Assembly: GCA_048939245.1 (NCBI GenBank)
Contig: JBHLPR010000004.1
Coordinates: forward strand, 15,976 to 79,975
Length of the DNA stretch: 64,000 nucleotides
Direction of reading: 5' to 3'
Source: Promethearchaeota archaeon
GTDB taxonomy: Archaea; Asgardarchaeota; Hermodarchaeia; Hermodarchaeales; Hermodarchaeaceae
The translations under genes were made by a program, and so were the position numbers. The notes under the pieces are model-generated. The model was not told the origin of the DNA, made no database searches, and worked only from the letters and a program-made list of their open reading frames with translations. Position 1 is the stretch's first letter. Every line of letters starts with the position of its first letter. This document shows, piece after piece, positions 38,114 through 47,603 of this stretch.

Positions 38114-38479
38114 TTAGTTGTCTTCAGCAATCATTTCTATGATTTTAAAAAGTTCTTTTGCCCGTACGGGCTTCACCTGGAATACGGCAGCACCTGCTTC
38201 CATAGCCTCTGATCGAACGGTTTCATCAGCACTGACAAAAACGATTTTGCTCTTGGCATTAATTTCTTGAATCATTTTCGTAGCGCTAATTCCATCCATG
38301 CGGGGCATACGATGATCCATGATGATGACATCAGGTTTAGGATCCATCTGAAGGAAGAGTTCAACTGCTTCATCACCATCAAATGCAGAGCCAATTACTC
38401 TGTGACCTTTCATCGTGAAGAGAGCTTTGTAGATTTGATGAAGGTTCTCTTCGTCATCAACGATGAAGATTGAAGCCAT
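38114..38479 (-). CDS. Single-domain response regulator (CheY-like)
   Basis: IFIVDDE, PDVIIMDHRMPRMDG, FVSA, VKP. Confidence 0.92.
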   Translation of the reverse strand: MASIFIVDDEENLHQIYKALFTMKGHRVIGSAFDGDEAVELFLQMDPKPDVIIMDHRMPRMDGISATKMIQEINAKSKIVFVSADETVRSEAMEAGAAVFQVKPVRAKELFKIIEMIAEDN

Positions 38480-38691
38480 TGAATGCACTGTCCGTTTCAC
38501 TTTCGTTTTGATTGGTATACGATGTAGGTGTCGCAGCATATCCCCGCTTACGTTGTCCACTGATTGCTGGGGAAAAAGTGGTTAAGAGTGTTGCGTGCGT
38601 CGTTAGTCCATCGGACTTCGTTTTCGGTTTTCTGCATAAACGTTCAAAGGAGTCGATAGTATATCTGAATCGTGACGACTTGCAGGATTCC

Positions 38692-41361
38692 TTATTCGTT
38701 TCCTTCGATTATGTCCTGAGCCACATATTGTTCGGGGTTTGCATCGAAGGTCGCTTGGCAATGGGATGAGCAGAAGAAGTATCGGTGTCCTTTGAAATCA
38801 CTGTGTAAAGCTGTGGATGTGTCAACTATCATTTTGCATATGGGATCTCTAGCTCGGTCTGATTTTGGTGATGTGATCGCTTGAATCTTGAGGTGTTCAT
38901 CTGCGATTGGTAGCGGTTTGAATCGTTGTAGAAGTAGCGCATTTGTTACGACACTTACACTAGACATTGCCATTGCTAGTGCAGCCCACTCTGGACGAAG
39001 GTTTACTAATGGATAGAGTATACCTGCTGCGATAGGCAGAAGAATAATATTATAGATTAAAGCCCAAAAGAATCCCTGTCGAATTTTTGTAACTGTCTTT
39101 TTGCCCAGTTGTATCGCGGTAACTACATCGAGAAGATTATCACGAACAAGGACAATATCACCTGTTTCTACAGATACATCAGTGCCTGATCCAAGAGCGA
39201 TTCCCACATCTGCCTGGGCTAGAGCGGGTGCATCGTTGATGCCATCACCAGCCATAGCTACAATGTGGTTCTTTCTTTGAAGATTTTTAATTTCTTGAGT
39301 TTTGTCCCCAGGAAGGACTTCTGCGATTACTTCAGAAATGCCGACTTCGCGTCCAATGGCTTCAGCTGTGCGTTGCTTATCTCCTGTCAGCATGACAACT
39401 TGAATACCCATCTTTTGTAGAAGTTCTACTGCAAGGGCAGAATGTGGTTTGAGAGTATCAGCTATGGCAATCAACGCAAGGAGCTTTCCGTCTTTGGCAG
39501 CAAAAATTGTGGTTTTTCCTTCTTTTTGCAATTGTGCCAGATGGGGTTCCAATTCACCAATGTCAACATCGTTTTCACGCATGTATGTATCATTGCCTAC
39601 ATCAATGGTAAATCCAGAAATCAAGGCTTTGACACCTTTTCCAGTAATAGAATCGAAGTCATCGATTTCTAAGAATTGAATTTTATTTGCCTCAGCATAT
39701 TGTACGATGGCGTTAGCTAACGGATGTTCACTGTATTTTTCAGCCGTTGCAATTAAGGTAAGGGCTTCTGAAGAGCCAATATCCCCAGCGGGAATGATAT
39801 CGGTGACAATGGGTTTTCCAGTGGTTAATGTTCCAGTTTTATCAAACACCATTCTATCCACTTGAGGAATGACTTCTAAGCCCTCTCCTCTTTTAATCAA
39901 AATACCAAGTTGTGCTCCGCGACCAATACCCACCATGAGTGCAGCAGGTGTCGCCAGTCCTAGAGCACAAGGGCAAGCAGCAACTAAGACGGCAATTGAA
40001 AAGCCTAAAGCTGTGACCCAAGTGAGTCCTGGATACCACGGTGTGAACATGATTAGGACAAACCAGATGCTAAACACAACAAGGGATAGGAGGATGATGA
40101 AGGGAACGAATTTCTCTGCGATAGCGTCTGCTTTTCGCTGAATTGGTGGTTTATGAGTTTGAGCTTCTTCAACCATGTTAATTATTTGGGCAAGTACGGT
40201 ATCTGATCCGACCTTCGTTGCTTCAATCACCAGTATTCCAGTTTCATTGATTGTACCACCGACAACCGCGTCATCCACTTTCTTACTCACTGGAATTGAT
40301 TCACCAGTAATCATTGATTCGTTGACCGATGATTGCCCTTCAACAACATAGCCATCAACAGGAATTTGTGCACCAGGGCGTACAAGAAGTTGATCCGCTA
40401 CTTCAACTTCATCTGTTGGGATGATGAGTTCTTCGCCATCTCGGAGAACGACTGCAGTGTTTGGTTGAAGATCCATTAGAGCACGGATTGCTTGAGAGGT
40501 TCGGCCTTTCGCAATCGCCTCTAGTGTTCGACCCAAGAGAATGAAAGCAAGTAACATAGCTGCAGAACCATAGAATACTTCTTGACCTGGTAGAATGAAT
40601 GTTGCCACAACTGAATAGAAATAGGCCACACTGGTACCAAGCATAATAAGGGTATCCATATTGGTTTTGCCATGTCTGGCTGCATTTAGAGCTGATTTGT
40701 AAAACGGATACCCTCCATAGAATTGGACAGGGGTAGTCAGGAGTAATAAGACGACGGCAGGTGTTATCCCAGGAGGAAGAAAAGGAGCAACAAACGCCGA
40801 AAAGAAGGATATTAACACAATGGGAATAGTGAAACCAACCGCAAAGGCCAGCCGCCATGAATAGTGTCGGATTTCTTGTTTCCGAGTCATGGCTTCACGA
40901 TCAATACTGGTGTCCATTTCAGCGACCACATCAAAACCAATCCCATTCAGTGTATCTCGCATCATTTTTAGAGTTACAAGTTCCTCGTCATATTCAACAA
41001 CTACACGCCCTGACATTGAGTGTTCAACAACTGAAAGCACTCCAGGAATGGCTTCAATGGTCTTAGTAATATATGACCACTCATCTGATCGAGGGGTTGG
41101 TGAGAGGGTCAGGGTCATTTTAGCTCGTTTTGGAGTATACCCCGTTGATGCTATGGCATGTTCTAATTCCGTACGAGTAACCTGAGTAGGTTCATAATCT
41201 ATAGTTGCCTTTTTTTCTAACAGATTGACAGAAGCTTTTGCGACTCCTTGTTGTTGGAGCAGCGCCTTCTCAATCGTAGCTACACAAGTGGCACAATGCA
41301 TCCCTTCGATTCGTAATGACATTCGTTCGGTGTTGGCTTTTTTGTCCTGTTGTTCATTCAT
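38692..41361 (-). CDS. copA: Cu(I)-translocating P1B ATPase with N-terminal HMA and C-terminal YHS domain
   Basis: [38 protein letters not shown] and MAMSS. C-terminal DPICKM...FCS..C. Confidence 0.95.
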   Translation of the reverse strand: MNEQQDKKANTERMSLRIEGMHCATCVATIEKALLQQQGVAKASVNLLEKKATIDYEPTQVTRTELEHAIASTGYTPKRAKMTLTLSPTPRSDEWSYITKTIEAIPGVLSVVEHSMSGRVVVEYDEELVTLKMMRDTLNGIGFDVVAEMDTSIDREAMTRKQEIRHYSWRLAFAVGFTIPIVLISFFSAFVAPFLPPGITPAVVLLLLTTPVQFYGGYPFYKSALNAARHGKTNMDTLIMLGTSVAYFYSVVATFILPGQEVFYGSAAMLLAFILLGRTLEAIAKGRTSQAIRALMDLQPNTAVVLRDGEELIIPTDEVEVADQLLVRPGAQIPVDGYVVEGQSSVNESMITGESIPVSKKVDDAVVGGTINETGILVIEATKVGSDTVLAQIINMVEEAQTHKPPIQRKADAIAEKFVPFIILLSLVVFSIWFVLIMFTPWYPGLTWVTALGFSIAVLVAACPCALGLATPAALMVGIGRGAQLGILIKRGEGLEVIPQVDRMVFDKTGTLTTGKPIVTDIIPAGDIGSSEALTLIATAEKYSEHPLANAIVQYAEANKIQFLEIDDFDSITGKGVKALISGFTIDVGNDTYMRENDVDIGELEPHLAQLQKEGKTTIFAAKDGKLLALIAIADTLKPHSALAVELLQKMGIQVVMLTGDKQRTAEAIGREVGISEVIAEVLPGDKTQEIKNLQRKNHIVAMAGDGINDAPALAQADVGIALGSGTDVSVETGDIVLVRDNLLDVVTAIQLGKKTVTKIRQGFFWALIYNIILLPIAAGILYPLVNLRPEWAALAMAMSSVSVVTNALLLQRFKPLPIADEHLKIQAITSPKSDRARDPICKMIVDTSTALHSDFKGHRYFFCSSHCQATFDANPEQYVAQDIIEGNE

Positions 41362-41376
41362 TCAGTATCACCACCA

Positions 41377-41841
41377 TCATTTCCCCACGGAATTGGTTTC
41401 TTGTGTCCGATATGCGGCAGCGCAATGACGACAACAAAATGCTAGCTGCTTTCCCTCAATTTCCTCAACGTGAGCACCTTCGTAGACTTTACATCCACAA
41501 CTTGCACACACCTGGAGATTCGATTCAAAAGCAGCAGCAGTAATTGAGGCGAAACGATCAAGGAGTTGGTTAACTGAACGGCGCCCTTTACGAGTGAGAC
41601 AATATTCCCGGCGGGGACGCTTTCCCACAGGCTTATCTTCACAGGTGACGATTCCCTCCTTTTCGAGCTGTTGTAGGAAAGGGTAAAGAGTGCCTGCGCT
41701 GAGTGATCGCCCCGTCCTATTATCATATTTTCTGATGATGCCATATCCATGGCTAGGTCCTTCATTGAGCACGAGAAGGATATAGAATTTCGCGAGATTG
41801 TCCAGAACTGCATCTAGGGGTTTCTCCGTCATCATTAGCAC
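41377..41841 (-). CDS. PadR-family regulator with C-terminal TRASH-like metal-binding domain
   Basis: HGYGI...GTLYP.L..LEKEG...Y.LT.KG, followed by CASCGC...FCCRHCA. Confidence 0.88.
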   Translation of the reverse strand: MLMMTEKPLDAVLDNLAKFYILLVLNEGPSHGYGIIRKYDNRTGRSLSAGTLYPFLQQLEKEGIVTCEDKPVGKRPRREYCLTRKGRRSVNQLLDRFASITAAAFESNLQVCASCGCKVYEGAHVEEIEGKQLAFCCRHCAAAYRTQETNSVGK

Positions 41842-41866
41842 CAGAAAATTTTATGTGACGAAATAG

Positions 41867-41886
41867 ATATATCCAATCCGATATAT
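41867..41886. promoter_or_regulatory. Palindromic operator between the divergent padR-copA and YHS genes
   Basis: ATATATC-CAATCC-GATATAT. Confidence 0.6.
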
Positions 41887-41942
41887 TAATATAATGCAGC
41901 AACATATGTCACCCAAACCCAACGAATCAAGGAGGAAAAACT

Positions 41943-42086
41943 ATGGCAATTGATCCAATATGTAAAATGAAAGTTAACGAACGAACTGCTAAATGGACTT
42001 CTAAATTTAGAGGAAAAACATACTACTTCTGTGCACCTGGATGCAAAGCTGAATTTGATAAGAATCCAGAGAAGTATGCATCCTAG
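41943..42086 (+). CDS. YHS-domain copper chaperone-like small protein (47 aa, absent from ORF track)
   Basis: MAIDPICKMKVNERTAKWTSKFRGKTYYFCAPGCKAEFDKNPEKYAS; AGGAGG RBS. Confidence 0.9.
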   Translation: MAIDPICKMKVNERTAKWTSKFRGKTYYFCAPGCKAEFDKNPEKYAS

Positions 42087-42109
42087 GAGTCGTGCCACCT
42101 TCTCTTTCT

Positions 42110-43546
42110 TTATGTTTGCTCTATTGGAAGAAGGATCCGAAAAGCGGCGCCTTGTTCAGAAGGTCCAGTGACAAGTTCGATTGCGCCGCTATACGCTTCA
42201 AGAACCCGTTTGCAGAGATTTAATCCTAATCCACCACCAGTGGTGGTGGTGCCACGTTGGAAGAGCCTAGCGTGCAGTTTTTTTGGAATACCGGGACCAT
42301 TATCCTTCACATCGATTTGAACCTGTTGTCCTTTTTTACTGATTTTGACGTTAATGATTGGGTTAGAACCAGCATATTGGGCAGAATTTCGAAAGAGGTT
42401 AACAAAAACCATGGGAAGCAAACGGCCACTGGTTACCTGCACACGCTTAGTTTTTTCAGAGGCCTTGACTTTGATTGTTATATGCTTGTGGGTTTTCATT
42501 GCTTGTTTTGCTACACGCTGAATTAGGGCAAAAATTTCTTTTTCAGCTTCCTTTTCTGGGCGTCCGAAAACGTCGAGTAAGCGCGTCATCCGATCTGCGG
42601 CAGCTCGAGTAGCTTCGATAAACTCACTAAGTTCGGAATCCTCTGGAGTCATCATTTTCGCCACCTCGGATGTACTGAAAATTACTTGCAGATCATTGCC
42701 AAGATCATGTCTTAAAAGCGACGCATAGAGTTCAAGGTCACGATTTGTGTTTTTTAATTCAATTTCAGCGAGCTTGCGATCATGAATATCTCGAACTATC
42801 GAGAAGAGAGCAACGATTTCACCGTCATGAAAGACCTGTTTACTTCGCACTTCACCCCAAACATGTGACCCACCCTTGGTGACAAAAGGATATTCAACGG
42901 GACCTAACACTTCACCTGAAAACAAGCGTTTGGTATTTTCGAGAGCTTGTGGAAGATACTCAGGAGGGAGTAGACCTAAACTGGGATAGAATTTGCCTTT
43001 CAGCTCATCAGGAGGGTAGCCTAAATGGGTTTCGATTGAGGGGGAGACATCTATGATATTTAGATCCTTGTCAAAATATAGTAAAACATCAGTGAGGTTT
43101 TCAAAAAAGAATCTGTAACGTTCTTCGCTCTCCGCTAGCGCTAGTTGAGCATGTTTTCGATCGGTTATGTCTTCAAGAGTACCTTCGTAATAGATTACCT
43201 TCCCCTGGGAATTTCGAATAGCTCGACTACTGAGTAGCACCCAAATAAATCGACTGTCGAGTCGTCGAAATTGGGCTTCAAAACCAACGATTATATCCTC
43301 CTCAGCAACCTTCCGTTCCCATCTTCGTCGGGCAGTTGGATCAACGTAAAACGATGAAGCCTTTCTTTTCAAGAGTGCCTTTTTGTTAGGAAACCCCAAC
43401 ATTTTGACCAAAGCGGGATTTGCATCGAGAATTTCTCCCGCCCCAGGTTTAGTCCGGAACAGACCAACCGGAACACTTTCAAAAAGATGGCGATAATCAG
43501 CTTCGGCTTTTTTCAATTTAGTAATTTCACTTTTGGTGGCTGGCAT
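42110..43546 (-). CDS. Cytoplasmic PAS-PAS sensor histidine kinase
   Basis: Two PAS/PAC domains (EDITDRK, RDIHDRK), H-box RHDLGN, N-box NLFRNS, DNGPGIP, GGLGL. Confidence 0.92.
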   Translation of the reverse strand: MPATKSEITKLKKAEADYRHLFESVPVGLFRTKPGAGEILDANPALVKMLGFPNKKALLKRKASSFYVDPTARRRWERKVAEEDIIVGFEAQFRRLDSRFIWVLLSSRAIRNSQGKVIYYEGTLEDITDRKHAQLALAESEERYRFFFENLTDVLLYFDKDLNIIDVSPSIETHLGYPPDELKGKFYPSLGLLPPEYLPQALENTKRLFSGEVLGPVEYPFVTKGGSHVWGEVRSKQVFHDGEIVALFSIVRDIHDRKLAEIELKNTNRDLELYASLLRHDLGNDLQVIFSTSEVAKMMTPEDSELSEFIEATRAAADRMTRLLDVFGRPEKEAEKEIFALIQRVAKQAMKTHKHITIKVKASEKTKRVQVTSGRLLPMVFVNLFRNSAQYAGSNPIINVKISKKGQQVQIDVKDNGPGIPKKLHARLFQRGTTTTGGGLGLNLCKRVLEAYSGAIELVTGPSEQGAAFRILLPIEQT

Positions 43547-43707
43547 GGTGGTCCACCCATAATCGTCGACATATAGAGAAGTGACTGTTTCCCCAACCTC
43601 TTCTCATTTGTAAATCTAGAAAAATGGAATAAGTGTCTTTCGTTCTGCTAATCTACTATTCTCCCTTAATTGCGAAAAGGGGAGAGCCGTTGAAATGAGC
43701 TTTGGGT

Positions 43708-44604
43708 CTAATCGAGAAGGGATTTCAGGTGGAGTTTGTGTTTTCCGAGTTTACCTTCGAAGTTAACGGCGGTGACCCGAACTAAACCAGGGGCCTTCAC
43801 AGCCGCCTGTAAGGCCGCACGCATGCCGTCTTGCACAGTATTCTTGCTCAGACCGTTGAGTACAATCTCGAGGACACAATTCACATCGGAGGGAACAAGG
43901 GAATTGGGGACATGTTCCCGGAGCGTAGGACAAAGCCGCACATTCGTTGAGGCGGCTAGAAAATCGTATTTGGAACCTACTTGGCTTCCGCTGCGACAGA
44001 TTCCACCGGGGAAGGGAGCCACACACCCATCGACAGTATGAATTGCGTCAACGGCGTCTTCAGCGGCTTTTAACGTAGCCTTGGGGCTCTTACCCATCAG
44101 AATCAGGTTTCCACCACCGACTCCTTTCTTGATCCCAAATTTCTCTTCGATCACGAACTCTCCTTCGATAACAGGAATCCGCCAAGCAAGTAGTTTATCT
44201 CCTACACGCTTTCTGTCTTCAAAGCCATCACCAAAATAACGGAGCTGATTTCCAACATCAACCCATTCTTCAGGATCATCCAAGGCGTTGTAAACATTTG
44301 TGGTTGGACACGTGAGAATGCATTGTCCTGTTCGTTTCCGAAGCTGTTTTGCTAAATCTTTCGACTTCATAGCAGCAAAGAGCAGTGTAATCCCGTGTCG
44401 CTTATCTGGCGTCTCAGTCTTGGGAATCACTCGGTCGATTCCTGCTTCAACTTTACATTCAATTACTGATGTGGCAAATCCAGCTGCAGATAAAGCGCAG
44501 GTCTTCGCCCATTTCGCCGTTTCCGCAGTCATCAGAATACGGGCAACTTGCATATCGAAGGCTTCAGCGAAGGTGTCTTCGATTTCTACTCCATTCAGTT
44601 CCAT
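43708..44604 (-). CDS. ftr: Formylmethanofuran:tetrahydromethanopterin formyltransferase
   Basis: MELNGVEIEDTFAEAF, GFATSVI.C..EAG, GQCILTCPT, PFPGGI.RSGS.VGS. Confidence 0.96.
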   Translation of the reverse strand: MELNGVEIEDTFAEAFDMQVARILMTAETAKWAKTCALSAAGFATSVIECKVEAGIDRVIPKTETPDKRHGITLLFAAMKSKDLAKQLRKRTGQCILTCPTTNVYNALDDPEEWVDVGNQLRYFGDGFEDRKRVGDKLLAWRIPVIEGEFVIEEKFGIKKGVGGGNLILMGKSPKATLKAAEDAVDAIHTVDGCVAPFPGGICRSGSQVGSKYDFLAASTNVRLCPTLREHVPNSLVPSDVNCVLEIVLNGLSKNTVQDGMRAALQAAVKAPGLVRVTAVNFEGKLGKHKLHLKSLLD

Positions 44605-44756
44605 TGATTAAACCCCGATTAGTCGTAAAGAGTTAGTAGGAGCAATAATAACATTACCATCCAACGGAAATTTATTTTAGTGTTTCACTACTCGCTTATT
44701 TAGAAGAGAGACCTAGAGCCTTTATTGCTGTTATTTGGTCTGAGACTCTGCTTGGG

Positions 44757-45096
44757 TTAGGTTTCATTTAGATTTTCCATCGCATGTTCTATGACCTTAA
44801 CCAAAGTTTCGTATGGAATCTCATCCGTAATTTTGAAGTTAATACTTGCCTGTTGTTATTCCTGGATGCTTTGCTTTAAACAGCGCTATGTGACCGGTAT
44901 TATTTGTGTATACTAAGACGCCACCTTTCCTATAACCTAAGGCAACCCACCCCGATTCAACCTTGTAAGTCGGTATTTTGTATGATAATCGGGCTTGAGC
45001 ATTCGGATAGAGCCGCATTATCACTGCTTGGAACCTTTCGAAAGGCGTTTTTCGTTCATCCACCACTTCATCAATATATCTTTGAATTTCGTCCAT
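44757..45096 (-). pseudogene. Frameshifted DUF1801 (YdhG-like) gene
   Basis: The ORF ends ...HPGITTGKY*, but a shifted frame continues ASINFKITDEIPYETLVKVIEHAMENLNET*. SY.IPTY motif present. Confidence 0.75.
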
Positions 45097-45236
45097 CGCT
45101 TTCCAATCTCCTTTTCTCGTTTCATCGTTGCTTATTTATGGATAATGATAAATAACCTAAATCCGTTTATGGTAGTTCCACGAATGGCGATTATCCTTTC
45201 AAAAGACAAAATAACGTGAATGGAGCAATTATAAAG

Positions 45237-46130
45237 ATGGCTGCAGCGAAACTCATTCTCCGACCACTCATCAAAACCACAGAAAAGATTCCTCTTGATT
45301 TGAGCACCGTTTCACCAGATACGGTAGCTGGCAAGACGCTTGCTAAAATTGAGAAGATTAAAATTTGGCATGGAAACCGAAGGACTACACTCGACAAATT
45401 CTTTGAAGTATCTGGAAAACCAGCAAAGATCGCTGATAAAACGATTATAGTCGTTGAAGGAACCATTTCACAGGTTCGCCATTTTGGACAGGATATGACC
45501 GCGGGATCCATTATCATTAAGGGTGACGCGGGAATGCATCTAGGCGCCCGAATGAAAGGGGGAACTATAGAGGTCAAAGGGAATGCAGATCATTGGCTTG
45601 GTGCAGAAATGTCTGGCGGGACAATTCGGGTAGTAGGAAATGTCGGTGACAAGGCTGGGTCAGCCTATCTCGGCAGTAAATATGGCATGAATGGAGGAAA
45701 TCTGTATGTCAAAGGGAACGCAGGACATGAATTGGGAATGGGAATGCGCCGAGGGATAATCGTGGTTGATGGCGACACAGCATCCTATACTGGAACGCGA
45801 ATGCTTGCGGGAACGATTATTATTCGGGGTCAATTAGGTGATCGCGCAGGGGCTGATATGCGATATAAAGGAACAATAATCGCTCTGGGCAAAGCGAAAC
45901 CACCGATGCCTACACACCTATTCAACGGCGAATATTCGGATATGGTCTTTCTCCGGCTCCTCATGGATGCTATTGAAAAGGAGATTCCAGGTGTCACATT
46001 CACTGAAAATGAGCGAGTGGGTCCGTACCTTCGATTTACTGGCGATTTTGGATCGGGTGGCCGGGGCGAGCTTCTTTTCTTCAAGTCAGTAAATAATCAT
46101 ATTCTGAAGGTCGGAAAGAATGGTGGTTAA
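45237..46130 (+). CDS. fwdC: Formylmethanofuran dehydrogenase subunit C
   Basis: Repeated GxxMxGGxIxVxG beta-helix motifs; W.GNR...L..FFEV.G. Confidence 0.93.
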   Translation: MAAAKLILRPLIKTTEKIPLDLSTVSPDTVAGKTLAKIEKIKIWHGNRRTTLDKFFEVSGKPAKIADKTIIVVEGTISQVRHFGQDMTAGSIIIKGDAGMHLGARMKGGTIEVKGNADHWLGAEMSGGTIRVVGNVGDKAGSAYLGSKYGMNGGNLYVKGNAGHELGMGMRRGIIVVDGDTASYTGTRMLAGTIIIRGQLGDRAGADMRYKGTIIALGKAKPPMPTHLFNGEYSDMVFLRLLMDAIEKEIPGVTFTENERVGPYLRFTGDFGSGGRGELLFFKSVNNHILKVGKNGG

Positions 46131-47097
46131 AACAAAACCTAGTGTCAACAAGCTTGCTATGCCCCTTGTGAAACAGCTTATTGCTAAAAAAGACGTACTT
46201 CGCATCAACGTCCATCAAACCAAGGGCAAAGCAACCATCATTGATTGTGGTATAGATGCTCCTGGAAGCCTTGAAGCAGGCCGCCTCCTGGCAGAAATCT
46301 GCATGGGTGGATTGGGATCTGTTGAAATTGCCACAACTAGTATCGGCGGATCCACCTTCCCTGCAGCTCGTGTTTCTAGTGACCACGCAGCCCTCGCGTG
46401 CATTGGGTCCCAGGCAGCCGGATGGAATGTCAAGGTTGAAGGGTTCTTTGCTTTAGGGTCGGGTCCAGCGCGGGCCAGTTCTCGCGTTGAAAACAAGCTT
46501 TTTGATAAACTTGGCTACCACGACAAACACAAAGAAGCTGTACTTGTGTTAGAAACCCGAACACTCCCTAATCCTGCAGTATGCGAACATGTTGCTAAAG
46601 CCTGTAAAATCGATGAAAAAGATCTCTATCTCCTCGTCGCGCCTACTGCCAGTATTGCTGGTTCTGTTCAAATTGCCGCACGTATTGTCGAAACTGGCAT
46701 TCATAAACTCAAAATTTTAGGATACGACTTCCGGAAGGTCCTTAGCGGAATCGGATCATGTCCGATTGTTCCTGTTGCCAGGAAAGACATGCGGGCAATG
46801 GGAATAACGAATGATGCAATCCTAATGATGGGTGAAACGTTCCTTTTCATTCAGTCCACAGAAGGTGATGGTTTAGATGAACTTATTCAACAAGCACCAT
46901 CCTCAACTTCATCAGATTACGGGAAACCCTTCCACCGAATTTTTAAAGATGCCGAAGGGAATTTCTACAAAATAGATAAAATGCTCTTTGCACCAGCGCA
47001 TATGACAGTCAATGATCTCCGCACAGGTCTATTCCACATCGCGGGGCAACTTGATCCGAAGCTTTTCCTTAAAGCTCTAGAATTTACCCTTAAATGA
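46120..47097 (+). CDS. mch: Methenyltetrahydromethanopterin cyclohydrolase
   Basis: SVN..A, IIDCG, EICMGGLG, SQ.AGW, GSGPARA, APTASIAGSVQ.AAR.VETG.HK, PSS.S.DYGKPF, FAPA. Confidence 0.96.
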   Translation: MVVKTKPSVNKLAMPLVKQLIAKKDVLRINVHQTKGKATIIDCGIDAPGSLEAGRLLAEICMGGLGSVEIATTSIGGSTFPAARVSSDHAALACIGSQAAGWNVKVEGFFALGSGPARASSRVENKLFDKLGYHDKHKEAVLVLETRTLPNPAVCEHVAKACKIDEKDLYLLVAPTASIAGSVQIAARIVETGIHKLKILGYDFRKVLSGIGSCPIVPVARKDMRAMGITNDAILMMGETFLFIQSTEGDGLDELIQQAPSSTSSDYGKPFHRIFKDAEGNFYKIDKMLFAPAHMTVNDLRTGLFHIAGQLDPKLFLKALEFTLK

Positions 47098-47175
47098 CAG
47101 CATATCTCTTTGGCAAAAGCCTAAAATCAGAAGACCCATCCGTTAAGAGATACAGATATTCATGGAGGTTTTCTT

Positions 47176-47529
47176 GTGAAGAAAGGCATTGCACCAGATG
47201 AAGTGGCTGAACTCTTCTACAGATACTTAGTTGAACAAAATAAAGAAAAATGGTTGTTGACCTTCCGTAAATACCACCAAGAGCGAGCTAATCAGTATGG
47301 GTCATCTCCTGATTTATACTGGCGGGCAGGGCAGAAAATGCAGCGTGACTATGGTTATACTTACAAACGAGTACCTGAAAAAGATACACAGCTTGATGAG
47401 AACCGGTGGAAGTTCTTTTTCCAACGATATAAACCGGATGGCGAAAAAAGTGCTAGCCCAGCCCCCATCACAATCATTCGAGACGAAGATTTAGACGGCG
47501 AATGGCGAGTTGATGTAGCCACAGTCTGA
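47176..47529 (+). CDS. Hypothetical protein
   Basis: GGAGG RBS with GTG start; 117 aa. Confidence 0.65.
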   Translation: MKKGIAPDEVAELFYRYLVEQNKEKWLLTFRKYHQERANQYGSSPDLYWRAGQKMQRDYGYTYKRVPEKDTQLDENRWKFFFQRYKPDGEKSASPAPITIIRDEDLDGEWRVDVATV

Positions 47530-47603
47530 GCTACCTAGGACTTCATCGGAATTAAGGACAGGGGTTTTGAATCTGGTTTACAAAGAAAAGAGTATACAAT
47601 AAT

